Below, one piece after another: positions 17,032 through 28,838 of a stretch of 64,000 nt of DNA (positions within the stretch are counted from its first letter, which is position 1; each line of letters opens with the position of its first letter). A model generated the notes under the pieces. The model saw only the letters and a list, made by a program, of their open reading frames with translations, did no database searches and was not told the origin of the DNA. The stretch comes from Acidobacteriota bacterium. GTDB lineage: Bacteria; Acidobacteriota; Thermoanaerobaculia; Multivoradales; Multivoraceae. The stretch is taken from contig QQVD01000057.1 of the NCBI GenBank assembly GCA_003388555.1, positions 43,192 to 107,191 of the forward strand. The letters run 5' to 3'. The translations under genes were made by a program, and so were the position numbers.

Positions 17032-18336
17032 ATGTCGCTGCCCGAGGATCCTCTCGGTCGTCGGGAGCTGCTGGTGCGCTGGGCGCTCGAGGCGGGCTTC
17101 CACCGTGCTGGCGTCGCCGAGCTGGAGCCGTCGGGCCGCGAGGCCGAGTACCGCGACTGGCTGGCGCGCGGCGGCAATGCCGGAATGCGCTACCTCGAGC
17201 GGCGACTCGACGAGCGTTTCGATCCGCGGCGTCTGCTGCGGGGGCGCGCCCGGACCGCTCTCTGTGTGGCGCTGCACTACTTCCCGCCGCGGAGCAGGGG
17301 AGGCGAGCGACGCGAGCGGCGGGATCCACAGCGTTCGGACTCCGAGCGCGACGAGACGATGGCCCCCAACCCGCTCTGGCGCGGCGTCGCGCGCTACGCA
17401 CAGGGAGAGGACTACCACCGGGTGATGGAGCGCCGGCTCTGGCCGCTCGCCGAGCGCATCGTCGAGGCGTTCCCGGGCAGCGCGGCGCACGTCTACGTCG
17501 ACACCGGGCCGGTGCTCGAGCGGGAGCTGGCGGCCCGCGCCGGCCTCGGCGTGCCGGCGAAGAACACCATGCTGCTGCACCGGCAGGGGTCCTGGTTCCT
17601 GCTCGGCGAGGTGCTGCTGTCGCTGGAGGTCGCTCCCAGCGAACCGCTCGCCGTCGACCTCTGCGGTTCCTGCACGCGTTGCCTCGACGCCTGTCCGACC
17701 GGCGCCTTCCCCGAACCGTTCGTGCTCGATGCCAGGCGCTGCATCAGCTACTGGACGATCGAGGAGCGTGGTCAGGTCCCGCCCGATCTCGCCGGGCAGT
17801 TCGGCGAGTGGGTCTTCGGCTGCGACGTCTGCCAGGAGGTCTGTCCGTGGAACCACCGCCTCGTCGAGGTCGACGAGCCCGAGCTCGAGCTGCCCGCCGA
17901 GCGCGCCGCTCTCGATCTCGTCTCGCTGGCGACGATCGGGCGCCGCGACTACGTCGAGAGCCTGCAGCACTCCGCCCTCAAGCGGCCCAAGCAGATCGGC
18001 CTGCAGCGCAACGCGCTGATCGCCCTGGGCAATGCCGGTGTCGACCTGGCGTCGCGCGAGGCCGCGTCGGAGGGGGAGGCAGGAGGAGCGCCGGGATTCG
18101 GCAGGCGAGAGGTCGACGCCCTGACCGCCGCACTGCGCTCGAGCGAGCCGTTGCTGCGCCAGACCGCCAGTGACTCGCTGCGGCGGATCGTGGTGGCGGC
18201 CTCCGGACGGGCCGCCGAACGCGAGGCTGTGGCGAGGCCGCTACGGGCTGGGTTGAACGACCTGCTCGCCGAGGGCGAGCTGCCGCCGGATCTGGGCGAG
18301 ATCGTGGCGGGTTGGCTGAGGGCCCCGGGAGCCTGA
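17032..18336 (+). CDS. queG: Epoxyqueuosine reductase (4Fe-4S, cobalamin-type QueG).
   Basis: Motifs: GSWFLLGEVLLSLEV, CGSCTRCLDACPTGAF, CISYWTIE, GCDVCQEVCPWN. Confidence 0.9.
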   Translation: MSLPEDPLGRRELLVRWALEAGFHRAGVAELEPSGREAEYRDWLARGGNAGMRYLERRLDERFDPRRLLRGRARTALCVALHYFPPRSRGGERRERRDPQRSDSERDETMAPNPLWRGVARYAQGEDYHRVMERRLWPLAERIVEAFPGSAAHVYVDTGPVLERELAARAGLGVPAKNTMLLHRQGSWFLLGEVLLSLEVAPSEPLAVDLCGSCTRCLDACPTGAFPEPFVLDARRCISYWTIEERGQVPPDLAGQFGEWVFGCDVCQEVCPWNHRLVEVDEPELELPAERAALDLVSLATIGRRDYVESLQHSALKRPKQIGLQRNALIALGNAGVDLASREAASEGEAGGAPGFGRREVDALTAALRSSEPLLRQTASDSLRRIVVAASGRAAEREAVARPLRAGLNDLLAEGELPPDLGEIVAGWLRAPGA

Positions 18337-18492
18337 TCCGAAGAGCGGTCGTCGGGCCACGCTCTCGCTCTCGCCCGGCGCGTCCCGCGGCTGCTGGACT
18401 CCTGCTGCGAGCGGGCTGTGGCCGGTGGTGGAGGCCCGGAGGGGCAGGCGAGGCCTGGCTCGAGAGCCCGGGCGCAAGCGCTGGCGGGTGCC

Positions 18493-19815
18493 TCAGAAGA
18501 GACGGTGGAAGCCGCCACTCGAGCCGGTGAGACGTGCGTTGACGACGTTGTTGAAGATCGAGCCGAAGGTGTAGCTCAATCCGAGTCCGAGCCGATAGCG
18601 GCTGTCGGTTCTCAGTGCCCGCTGACCGAGCAGGATCTCCTCGTCGGTGGCTTCCGATGCGGGCAGATAGATCTGATCGCGAACCAGGGAGTAGCGCCCC
18701 GAGAAGCGCACCGAGAGACCGCGCGCGATCCGGTAGTCGATGCTGCCGCCGACCCTGACCGAATAGAGGTCGAGATCGTCGAGGAAGTGCGAGAGGTCGA
18801 CGTCGAGTCCGCTCTCGCCCCATGGCCTGGCGATGTCGAAGGAGACCAGCACTCCCTGATCCGGACGCGTCTCGTTGAACTCGCCGGCGATCGTCTCCTC
18901 CTCGTACTCGAGTTGGGAGAGGCCGACGAAGTAGGTGAAGGTCAGCTCGTGGCGCGACGACTCCGAGTAGGGGAAGAGGTTGTACTGCACCGCCGAGGCG
19001 AGGCGGTAGGAGGGCGCCAGGTTGAGGAAGGTCGAGCGCCGCGTGCTGGCGCCCGCCCCGACGCCCCAGTGCTCGCCGAGGGTCTTCACCGCCGAGCCTC
19101 CAATGCTGAAGTCGCGCTGGGTCTCTTCGAGCCTCTCACCGTCCTCGAAGGTGAAGTTGCTCTCGCGGTACCACTGGCTGACGCCGAGCCCGAGGCGCCA
19201 GTCGTCGGTGGTGCGGCTGGCTGAGATCGACCCCGACATCGACTGGGAATCGCGCCGGTCCTCACCGGCTGCGTCGACCTCCAGCCGGGCGCGGTAGATC
19301 CAGGAGTTCCAGGGGTCTGCAACCGCCTGGGCCGCGACCGGCACCTCGCTGGGGCGGTTGAAGCGGACCTCGAGGAACTCGGCGGCGGGCGTCTGCAGGA
19401 GATACGGCACCAGACCGAGCTGGAAGGACGAGGCGACGGCCTGCCGCCGCTCCTCGTCGGTGTCGGTGTCGCTGAGCGAGCGGGTGAGCACCAGGTCGCG
19501 GCCGGCGAACTCTCCACGGCCGAGGCACTCGAAGCGCATCTGCCATCCGGCGCTGCTGCGGGTGCGGGTGACCAGCACGTGGACCTCGGCGTCTCCCGGG
19601 TCGCGGACGTGATCGAGGTAGTCGATCTCCTGTCGCAGGTGGCGCTGATCGCAGCCGTCGTCGCAGTCGAGGAAGACGCGCAGCGGACCGGCCTCCGATC
19701 GGGAGCGGTCGGCTGCCTGCGCCGCCCGCGCGCGGCCCTTGCCGCCGCGCTCGGAGCCGTTGCCGACGAGCGGTGCCGCGGACGCCGCACTCGCGCCGAG
19801 GAGGACTGTGACCAT
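18493..19815 (-). CDS. Outer-membrane beta-barrel protein (441 aa), which resembles DUF481 but is larger than I recall for that family.
   Basis: Signal peptide MVTVLLGASAASAAP. Alternating hydrophobic beta-strand pattern throughout. C-terminal ...YTFGSIFNNVVNARLTGSSGGFHRLF ends in Phe. The ORF track extends to 20247 in an Arg-rich region that is unlikely to be coding. Confidence 0.7.
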   Translation of the reverse strand: MVTVLLGASAASAAPLVGNGSERGGKGRARAAQAADRSRSEAGPLRVFLDCDDGCDQRHLRQEIDYLDHVRDPGDAEVHVLVTRTRSSAGWQMRFECLGRGEFAGRDLVLTRSLSDTDTDEERRQAVASSFQLGLVPYLLQTPAAEFLEVRFNRPSEVPVAAQAVADPWNSWIYRARLEVDAAGEDRRDSQSMSGSISASRTTDDWRLGLGVSQWYRESNFTFEDGERLEETQRDFSIGGSAVKTLGEHWGVGAGASTRRSTFLNLAPSYRLASAVQYNLFPYSESSRHELTFTYFVGLSQLEYEEETIAGEFNETRPDQGVLVSFDIARPWGESGLDVDLSHFLDDLDLYSVRVGGSIDYRIARGLSVRFSGRYSLVRDQIYLPASEATDEEILLGQRALRTDSRYRLGLGLSYTFGSIFNNVVNARLTGSSGGFHRLF

Positions 19816-20404
19816 CAGGCACGACAGAAGGCGGCTCGACTGCACCAGCGAGCTGGCGGCGGCCGCGTAGCGCCAGCCCAGGTGCCTCCAGGGGTGCCTC
19901 GGGATGCGGCTCGGGAGGTCGGTCCGGTGGCAGCGCGATCGAAACATGTAGCGAGCGTCCTGGTCAGGTGCGCGGCGGGCGACGCGATGGCCGATCGCCA
20001 GGAAGGGAATGCTGAGGTGGGTACCGGAGGAATAGCGGCGCCATCGATCGCCGGCGCCGAGCTCCGCGCAGGTCGACGGCGAAGACACGGCGGCTCGCGG
20101 AGTCGCCCGGAGCCCCGGAGCGGAGCCCCGGTCGGCGACGGCGTCACGGCACCTCCTCCGGGTCGGCGGTGACGCCGCCGCGCCAGAGCGTCGGGTCGAG
20201 CACCGTCCCGCCGTCCGCGAGAGTCGTGGCGCGATCGACGCTGGCATCGACTCACCGCGGCGAGCGGCTGTTTCGGGCGATCTCCCCGTCGGCGCGATCC
20301 ACCGCCGGGCTCACTCTCCGCTCGACCGCCAGAGGTGGCGTGGCGCGAGCCGGGCAACACGTCGGAACCGGCGTTCGGCGAGCCCCGCAGGTCGCCGTTC
20401 TTCG

Positions 20405-20434
20405 GTTGACACCTTGAAGAGCCGGTCCCTATAC
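20405..20434 (+). promoter_or_regulatory. Sigma70-type promoter for rpsA: TTGACA - 18 nt - TATACT.
   Basis: Consensus -35 at 20405-20410 and near-consensus -10 at 20429-20434, in a locally lower-GC stretch ~145 nt upstream of the rpsA ATG. Confidence 0.55.
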
Positions 20435-20578
20435 TCGTAAGTCCCGAGTTCATGTCCACTTCGGTCGAACTCGCGCTCCCGAGAGGGGAGACCGACCCGA
20501 AGAATCCCCCATGGATGCGAGCGGTTTCCGCCTGCGTCTCCTTCGGTGTCGAGAGAAGATTCAAGGAGTATTTGGTTC

Positions 20579-22537
<1,959 letters not shown>

Positions 22538-22589
22538 GAGAGGGCGCCGGGCCGCCGATCAGCCGAGGTCTCCCCGCCCAGCCGGGCCG

Positions 22590-22612
22590 TCGCCGCCGAG
22601 GCGACGGCCCAC
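22590..22612 (+). terminator. GC-rich hairpin (CCGTCGCCGCCGAGGCGACGG) between rpsA and ihfB. It may be a terminator or attenuator; there is no U-tract.
   Basis: Inverted repeat read directly. High-GC genomes often lack U-tracts. Confidence 0.25.
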
Positions 22613-22654
22613 GCACGGAGCTTCGGGTTTGCGCACAGGGGGAAGAGGGAGCAG

Positions 22655-23014
22655 ATGGCCGATTCTGTGACGAAGAAGTCGCGCGATCCGAAAGAGGACC
22701 TCCTGGAGAGGATCTCGCTCGGCAAGTCGAGTGGGATGACCAAGGCCGAGCTCGTCGAGCAGGTCGCCCGCAACGCTGAGCTCACCAAGAAGGACGCCGA
22801 TCAGGTGGTGAACACGGTGCTCTCGAGCATCGTCGGTTCGCTGCGGGACGGTGAGAAGATCGAGCTCCGCGGCTTCGGCAGCTTCCGCATCCGCAAGCGC
22901 GGTTCGCGGATCGGCCGCAACCCCAAGACCGGCGACCGGGTCAAGGTCCCGCCCAAGCGCATCCCTTACTTCAAGCCCGGCAAGGAGCTGCGCGAGCTCC
23001 TCAACGACGACTGA
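22655..23014 (+). CDS. ihfB: Integration host factor beta-like HU/IHF family DNA-binding protein.
   Basis: RGFGSFRIRKRGSRIGRNPKTGDRVKVPPKRIPYFKPGKELRELLN matches the IHF-beta pattern, and the position downstream of rpsA fits. GAAGAGGGAG precedes the ATG. Confidence 0.8.
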   Translation: MADSVTKKSRDPKEDLLERISLGKSSGMTKAELVEQVARNAELTKKDADQVVNTVLSSIVGSLRDGEKIELRGFGSFRIRKRGSRIGRNPKTGDRVKVPPKRIPYFKPGKELRELLNDD

Positions 23015-23042
23015 GCTCGAGTCCCTGCGTGCACCGAATCTC

Positions 23043-23067
23043 GCCCGGCGCGCCAGCGCCGCCGGGT
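23043..23067 (+). terminator. GC-rich hairpin (CCCGGCGCGCCAGCGCCGCCGGG) just downstream of ihfB.
   Basis: Inverted repeat CCCGGCG/CGCCGGG 25 nt after the ihfB stop. No U-tract. Confidence 0.25.
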
Positions 23068-23087
23068 AAGGGGTGTGCGACTGCCCA

Positions 23088-23483
23088 ATGTCCGCAGAAA
23101 CCTCCCAGGCACCCGCTCGCAAGAGCCCGTGGTTGTACGCGGTCGCCGCCTGGCCGATTCCCGGCCTCGGCCACTTCCTGCTCGGGTTGCGCGGTCGCGC
23201 GATCGCCTTCCTCGGGCTGGTCATGTTCTCGGCCGGCATGGGTTGCCTGCTGCAGGGCAAGCTCTTCGTGGTCGTACCAGGGCAGCCGCTGAGCACTCTC
23301 GGCACCCTCGCCTCGATGGCGATGGGAGTCCCCTACTTCGTGCTCCGTTACCTCACCGGCTACGAGGGCGACATCACCAGCGCCTCCTACGAGTATGGCG
23401 GCGCCTTCCTGCTCACCGCCGGGCTGATGAACGCCCTGGTCATCCTCGACGCCTGGGACATCGCCACCGGGAGCCGGCAGTGA
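23088..23483 (+). CDS. Small integral membrane protein (~131 aa).
   Basis: Three or four hydrophobic helices (LYAVAAWPIPGLGHFLLGL, IAFLGLVMFSAGMGCLL, AFLLTAGLMNALVIL). Start is uncertain (23073 or 23088). Confidence 0.4.
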   Translation: MSAETSQAPARKSPWLYAVAAWPIPGLGHFLLGLRGRAIAFLGLVMFSAGMGCLLQGKLFVVVPGQPLSTLGTLASMAMGVPYFVLRYLTGYEGDITSASYEYGGAFLLTAGLMNALVILDAWDIATGSRQ

Positions 23484-23586
23484 AGCCGAGGGCGGTGAGA
23501 GCGGGAGCGGTGGGGCCGATGTTCGAAGCCGGTCTGGCCGGACGGCGCCACCTGCGCCCGGCTATGGTGGGTGCGGAGGTGCCGCG

Positions 23587-23781
23587 GTGCTGAGCCACTT
23601 CGTCCTGATGGTGGTGTACGCCCTGCAGGTGAGCCTCTTCTTCACCGTGCTCTGGCGGCGGACGCGAAGGGCCCAGATCCGGTTGTTCCTGCAGCTCTTC
23701 CTCGGAATGGTCGGCGGCGGCCTGCTGCTCGCCTGGCTGATGTTCCCCTTCCCGGCCGGCCCGCCGGGGCCGACTCCCTAG
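23587..23781 (+). CDS. Small membrane protein (64 aa).
   Basis: GTG start with GGAGG 7 nt upstream. Two hydrophobic helices. It sits immediately upstream of lpxB. Confidence 0.35.
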   Translation: MLSHFVLMVVYALQVSLFFTVLWRRTRRAQIRLFLQLFLGMVGGGLLLAWLMFPFPAGPPGPTP

Positions 23782-23790
23782 CGCCCGCGG

Positions 23791-25086
23791 GTGGCGAGCC
23801 GCACGATGGCCGACAGCGATCGGCAGGCGGTGGGGGAGGCCGAGCCCGAAGAGACGTCCGGCGATCGACCGGTCACGCGCATCCTCGTGGCGACCGGCGA
23901 GGCTTCCGGCGACCTGCACGGTGCACGACTGATCTCGGCGCTGCGGGAGGACTCCGACTCCCGCCCGGGAGCGCAGCACCTCGGCGAGCTCGAGGTCTAC
24001 GGCATCGGCTCCGACGAGCTCGCCGCAGCCGGCATGCGACTCGTCGCCGACAGTCGCGCCATCGCGGTGATCGGGCTGATCGAGGCGCTGCGTGTCGTTC
24101 CGCACGCCTTCCGCATCCAGCGACGGCTCCTGGCCGAGGTCGAGCGCCGACGACCCGACGTCGCGCTGCTGATCGATGCGCCGGACTTCAACCTGCGGCT
24201 GGCCAAGAAGCTGGCTCGACGTGGCATCCCGGTGGTCTACTTCATCTCGCCCCAGGTCTGGGCTTGGCGGCAGTCCAGGGTGCACCTGATCCGGCGCATC
24301 GTCGACAAGATGCTGGTCCTGTTCCCGTTCGAGGCCGACTTCTACCGTCAGCACGACGTTCCGGTGGAGCACGTGGGCCACCCTCTGGTCGACGAGATCG
24401 CGGCGCGTCCCCAGCGCTGGGACGAGGCGCCGACGATGCCGTCCCCGACCGGGGGACCCGAATCCCTGTCCGGTCGCACCGTGGTGCTGCTGCCAGGATC
24501 ACGCCGCAGTGAAGTCGGGCGCCTGCTACCGCTGATGCTCGAAGTGGGGTCGCGTCTGGTGGCTTCCGGCGCCAGGGTGCGCCTGATCGTCGCTCGCAGC
24601 CTCGACGGCGACTGGTTGCGGGCGACGGCGCAGGAGGCGCGGCCCGAGGGCTTCGGGGCGATCGAGCTGGTCGAGGCGAACCGTCACGATGCGATCGCCG
24701 AGGCTCACGTGGCGCTGTGCGCCTCCGGCACCGCGACCCTCGAGGTGGGCCTGCTGCGCACTCCCATGGTTGTCGTCTACAAGGTCGCGCCTCTCACCTA
24801 CTGGCTCGGCCGCCGTCTGGTGGCGGTGCCGCACATCGCCCTGGTCAACCTGGTGCTCGGCCGGCGCGCGGTCCCCGAGATCCTGCAGGGCGAAGCCGAG
24901 CCCGAAGCGGTCGAGGCGGCGGTGCGGGAGCTGGCCCGCGGCGGCGAGGCGACGGAGACGATGCGCCGCCATCTCGCCGAGCTGCGCGAGAAGCTCGGCC
25001 AGCCGGGCGCGGCGCGGCGTGCCGCCGTGGCGGTTCGCGACCTGGTGATCGAGCGCCGGCGGCAGCGAGGTGACGCCCCGCCCTAG
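23791..25086 (+). CDS. lpxB: Lipid-A-disaccharide synthase.
   Basis: ILVATGEASGDLHGARLISAL, PDVALLIDAPDFNLRLAKKLARRGIPVVYFISPQVWAWR, LLPGSRRSEV. Typical LpxB layout. Confidence 0.9.
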   Translation: MASRTMADSDRQAVGEAEPEETSGDRPVTRILVATGEASGDLHGARLISALREDSDSRPGAQHLGELEVYGIGSDELAAAGMRLVADSRAIAVIGLIEALRVVPHAFRIQRRLLAEVERRRPDVALLIDAPDFNLRLAKKLARRGIPVVYFISPQVWAWRQSRVHLIRRIVDKMLVLFPFEADFYRQHDVPVEHVGHPLVDEIAARPQRWDEAPTMPSPTGGPESLSGRTVVLLPGSRRSEVGRLLPLMLEVGSRLVASGARVRLIVARSLDGDWLRATAQEARPEGFGAIELVEANRHDAIAEAHVALCASGTATLEVGLLRTPMVVVYKVAPLTYWLGRRLVAVPHIALVNLVLGRRAVPEILQGEAEPEAVEAAVRELARGGEATETMRRHLAELREKLGQPGAARRAAVAVRDLVIERRRQRGDAPP

Positions 25087-25217
25087 CGCGCGGCACGGCC
25101 CCTCGTCGGCCGGAGCCAGCCGGGCAGTCGCGCCGGCACCGACACACGCGGGGGGGTTAGGCTCTCCTCTGAGCTCTCGCCAGAAAGCGGACGTTCCGTG
25201 TCGCCGGAGGTCGCCTG

Positions 25218-26240
25218 ATGTTCACCAGCATGACGGGTTACGGCCGCGCCGCACACAGCACCGAGGACTGGACCTGCGAGGTCGAGTTGCGCGCGGTGAA
25301 CCACAGGTTCCTCGATCTGAACACCGTGCTGCGCGGGCTGCCGCGATCGTTCGAGTCGCGGGTGAACGGCCTGGTGCGCAGGGCCCTGCGTCGGGGCAGG
25401 ATCGACGTCACGGTCGTCGCGGCGCGAGGTGACTCGACGCCCGACGGACATCGCCTCGACGGTCGGCTCGCGCGACGCCTGGTCGAGTCCGCCCGCGAGC
25501 TGTGTCGCGAGCTGGCGATGGCTCCCGAGATCCGCCTCGGTGAGCTGCTCCAGATTCCCGGCGTCGTCACCAGCGGTGACGGCGGCTGGCGGGACTCGGG
25601 CCCGGCGCCGCCGATCGACCTGGTCCAGCTGACGGTGGAGCGGGCGCTGGCGCTGCTCACCGAGAACCGCCAGCGCGAGGGCGCCAGGCTGCGCTCCGCG
25701 CTGCAGGTCGAGCTCGAGGGACTGGTCGACCTCGTCGAGCGTCTCGATGAGCATCGCGTGGCCCTGCGCTCCCAGGTGCTGGAGCGCTATCGAGCGAGGC
25801 TGCAGGGATGGCTTCGCGAGGCGACAGGAGAGGACGGCGGCGATGCGGCCCCTGAGGCGCGGCGTGACGAGGCGGTCGAGCGGCCCACGATCTGGTCACT
25901 GCCTTCGGCCGAGCGGCTGGTCCAGGAGGCCGCGGTCAGCGCCGAGCGTGGCGATGTCGAGGAGGAGATCGTCAGGCTGCGCAGCCACCTAGGCGCCCTG
26001 CGCGCACTGCTCGAGACGGGGCAGCCGAGACCAGCCGGGAAGGACGATCCCGGCGATGCGGTGCCGGCCTCGTCGTCGGCGGAGAGCGTCGGGAAGAAGA
26101 TCGAGTTCCTGGTCCAGGAGATCGTGCGCGAGCTGTCGACGGTCTCCGCCAAGGGACGCGACGCCGCCATCTCCCACCTGGTGGTGGAGGCACGCGGCTG
26201 CTGCGAGCGGCTGAAGGAGCAGGCGGCCAACCTCGAGTAG
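25218..26240 (+). CDS. yicC: YicC family protein.
   Basis: The N-terminus MFTSMTGYGRA...WTCEVELRAVNHRFLD and the C-terminal EIVRLRSH...EIVRELSTVSAKG are characteristic of YicC. GGAGG precedes the ATG. Confidence 0.9.
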   Translation: MFTSMTGYGRAAHSTEDWTCEVELRAVNHRFLDLNTVLRGLPRSFESRVNGLVRRALRRGRIDVTVVAARGDSTPDGHRLDGRLARRLVESARELCRELAMAPEIRLGELLQIPGVVTSGDGGWRDSGPAPPIDLVQLTVERALALLTENRQREGARLRSALQVELEGLVDLVERLDEHRVALRSQVLERYRARLQGWLREATGEDGGDAAPEARRDEAVERPTIWSLPSAERLVQEAAVSAERGDVEEEIVRLRSHLGALRALLETGQPRPAGKDDPGDAVPASSSAESVGKKIEFLVQEIVRELSTVSAKGRDAAISHLVVEARGCCERLKEQAANLE

Positions 26241-26384
26241 AGGCGTCGAGCGCGGAGCCCCTCACTGGAACGCGGCGGCCGAAGCGAGAGCGACCTCCGC
26301 TCGGCAGCACTGCCGGCGCCGCGATCGGCTTCTCCCGTGTAGCGGCGTCTGCGGCGCGGAGAAAGGCACGCGGACCGGGATAGA

Positions 26385-27155
26385 GTGCGGGCCATGGCGG
26401 AGAGGGTCGAAGGGGCCGAGGCGGTGAGCTCGAGGGCCGACGGAGCGGAGCAGGTCGAAGCCGCGCCAGCGGACGACGTCGCCCGATCGGTCGCTTCAGG
26501 CGAGGAGCCGCCGACCGGCGAGCTGTTCATCATCTCGGCGCCCTCCGGCGCCGGCAAGACGACGCTGATCCACCGTCTGCTGCGCGGCGACATGCCCGAT
26601 CTGGCGTTCTCGGTGAGTCACACGACGCGTCGACCGCGGGCCGACGAGGTGGACGGGGTCGACTACCACTTCGTCGACCGGGCGACCTTCGAGGCGAGCA
26701 TCGAGCGCGGTGAGTTCCTCGAGTGGGCGGAGGTGCACGGCAACCTGTACGGCACGTCGCTGCGGGAGGTGAGACCGCGGTTGGAGTCCGGCCAGGACGT
26801 GCTGCTGGACATCGACGTCCAGGGTGGCGAGCGGGTGATGGCCGAGCAGCGCGATCCGGCGACGTCGACTCTCGGCGCCCGGGTGCACTCGATCTTCGTC
26901 ATGCCGCCCTCGTTCGGGGAGCTCGAGAAGCGACTGCGCCAGCGCAACCAGGACCGCAGGGAGCAGATCGAAACCCGGCTGGAGGTCTCGCGGTGGGAGA
27001 TGAGCCGGGCGGAAGCCTATGATTATGTTATCGTCAACGACGATGCGCGGTACGCAAGCAGCGTGCTCGCCGCGATCATCCAGGACAAGCGCCACCGCGG
27101 AGAGCGGATGCGTCCTCGGGTGTCGCGCATCCTGCGCGACTTCCAGACCGCCTGA
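26385..27155 (+). CDS. gmk: Guanylate kinase.
   Basis: LFIISAPSGAGKTTLIHRLL, SVSHTTRRPR, GVDYHFV. It has an N-terminal ~45-aa extension and follows yicC as in many bacteria. Confidence 0.95.
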   Translation: MRAMAERVEGAEAVSSRADGAEQVEAAPADDVARSVASGEEPPTGELFIISAPSGAGKTTLIHRLLRGDMPDLAFSVSHTTRRPRADEVDGVDYHFVDRATFEASIERGEFLEWAEVHGNLYGTSLREVRPRLESGQDVLLDIDVQGGERVMAEQRDPATSTLGARVHSIFVMPPSFGELEKRLRQRNQDRREQIETRLEVSRWEMSRAEAYDYVIVNDDARYASSVLAAIIQDKRHRGERMRPRVSRILRDFQTA

Positions 27156-27280
27156 CGGCCCACCGGCACGCTGCAGGCAGCCGCCGGGGCCCCAGCGACG
27201 ACCCATCGCCGACGCATCGATTCGGCCGCGCGAAGAACATCTGACGCCGGCCCGGCAGGCCCGGGCACGAGGTTACGAGC

Positions 27281-27496
27281 ATGGACATCATCGACCAGCA
27301 CGTCGACAGCAAGTTCCGCTTCGTGCTGCTCTCCGCCCAGCGGGCCGAGCAGCTGCTGCGGGGAGCGCCGCCACGGGTGGAGGTGCGCAGCCCCAAGGTC
27401 GCCAGGACCGCGATGGAAGAGCTGATCACCGGCCAGATCGACTGGGACTACGGCCCGCGTCCGTCCGAGGCCGGAGAGGGCGCCGAGGAAGAGTAG
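27281..27496 (+). CDS. rpoZ: DNA-directed RNA polymerase subunit omega.
   Basis: DSKFRFVLLSAQRAEQLLRGA is the typical RpoZ core. Position between gmk and coaBC fits. Confidence 0.85.
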   Translation: MDIIDQHVDSKFRFVLLSAQRAEQLLRGAPPRVEVRSPKVARTAMEELITGQIDWDYGPRPSEAGEGAEEE

Positions 27497-27626
27497 TCGG
27501 GGTCACCGACGCCGACACCCCTTCGGCGCCTGCGCTTTGCGGCTTCGGGAGCCCGCCCGGGACCGGCGCGACCGCAGGTGGCCGGATGGTCCGTGCTGAG
27601 CGCCCGGGGTCGGGGAGGAGCGCCAG

Positions 27627-28838
27627 GTGAACGTGCTGCTCGGCGTCTGCGGAGGCATCGCCGCCTGCAAGGCTCCCGAGCTGGTGCGTGAGCTCGGGCG
27701 GGCCGACTGCCGCGTGCGCTGCATCCTGACGCCGGCAGCGAGCAGCTTCTGCGCACCGCTGGCGCTCGAGATCCTCAGCGGCCACGAGGTCTGGGACGAG
27801 TCGTACCTCAGGCCCGGTACCGGCGGAGTCGAGCAGCACGTCGAGCTCGGGCAGTGGGCCGACGTGCTCCTGGTCGCGCCCGCCACCGCGAACACCATCT
27901 CGCGGCTCGCCTGGGGCCTCGCCGACGACCTGCTGACCACCACGGCGCTGATGGTCGACGGTCCCGTCGTCGTCGCGCCAGCGATGCACGCCACGATGTG
28001 GGAGCATCCGGCCGTGCGCGAGAGCGTCGCGCGCCTGCGCCAGCGCGGCGTGCGCGTGGTCGGCCCCGATGTGGGGCCGCTGGCGTCGGGAGAGCTCGGT
28101 GTCGGGCGCCTCGCCGAGCTTCCGGCCATCGCCTCGGCGGTCCTCGCGGCGGCGAGCTCCGGTGACCTCGCCGGCCGGCGCGTCGTCGTCACCGCCGGCC
28201 CGACCTGGGAGGCGGTCGACTCGGTGCGCTTCCTCGCCAACCGCTCGAGTGGCCGCATGGGCTTCGCCATTGCCGAGCGGGCGGCCCGTCGCGGCGCCGT
28301 GGTGCGGCTGATCAGCGGCCCGTCCGCCCTCGCCGCGCCCCATGGCGTCGAGCGGCGCGACGTCACCTCGGCGCTCGAGATGCTCGAGGCGGTGCGGGAA
28401 GAGTGCGAGGGGGCCGACGTGGTGGTGATGGCAGCGGCGGTTGCCGACTACCGGCCGGCGTCGGCGGCGGCAGGCAAGCTCAAGAAGCGCGACGGCGGGC
28501 TCGAGTCGATCGCCCTGGTCGAGAACCCCGACATCCTCGCCGAGCTGGCCCGGATGGCGCCCGACGCGGTGCGGGTCGGGTTCGCGGCCGAGACCGAGGA
28601 CCTGATCGAGAACGCGCGTCAGAAGCTGGCCAGCAAGGGCGCCCACCTGCTGGTCGCCAACGACGTGTCGCGGCGGGACATCGGTTTCGACAGCCACGAC
28701 AACGAGGTCGTCGTCCTGCGCCGCGAGGGCGAACCGGTGCGGATCGGCAAGCGCGGCAAGGGCGAGGTGGCGGACGGGATCCTCGACCTGGTGCGCGGCG
28801 AGCTCGACGCCCGTACCCGCTCGGCGGTGATCTCGTGA
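27627..28838 (+). CDS. coaBC: Bifunctional phosphopantothenoylcysteine decarboxylase / phosphopantothenate-cysteine ligase.
   Basis: GTG start with GGAGGAG upstream. Motifs: LLGVCGGIAACKAPELVREL, PAMHATMWEHPAVRESV, SSGRMGFAIAERAARRGAVV, AAAVADYRP. Confidence 0.95.
   Translation: MNVLLGVCGGIAACKAPELVRELGRADCRVRCILTPAASSFCAPLALEILSGHEVWDESYLRPGTGGVEQHVELGQWADVLLVAPATANTISRLAWGLADDLLTTTALMVDGPVVVAPAMHATMWEHPAVRESVARLRQRGVRVVGPDVGPLASGELGVGRLAELPAIASAVLAAASSGDLAGRRVVVTAGPTWEAVDSVRFLANRSSGRMGFAIAERAARRGAVVRLISGPSALAAPHGVERRDVTSALEMLEAVREECEGADVVVMAAAVADYRPASAAAGKLKKRDGGLESIALVENPDILAELARMAPDAVRVGFAAETEDLIENARQKLASKGAHLLVANDVSRRDIGFDSHDNEVVVLRREGEPVRIGKRGKGEVADGILDLVRGELDARTRSAVIS

Noticed and set aside
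18493-20247. Full-length 584-aa version of the outer-membrane protein ORF.
   Set aside because: The first 144 codons are Arg/Pro-rich with no signal peptide. An internal Met at 19815 gives a textbook signal peptide (MVTVLLGASAASAAP), so the shorter gene is preferred.
19816-20404. Searched the long gaps for tRNA, small RNA or hidden genes: 19816-20578, 41999-42327, 49775-50231 and 58193-58600.
   Set aside because: I could not trace a cloverleaf-compatible sequence with conserved T-loop (GTTCRANYC) or D-loop features. The ORFs there are short and Arg-rich. I left these regions as non-coding. A tRNAscan or Infernal run would be the decisive check.
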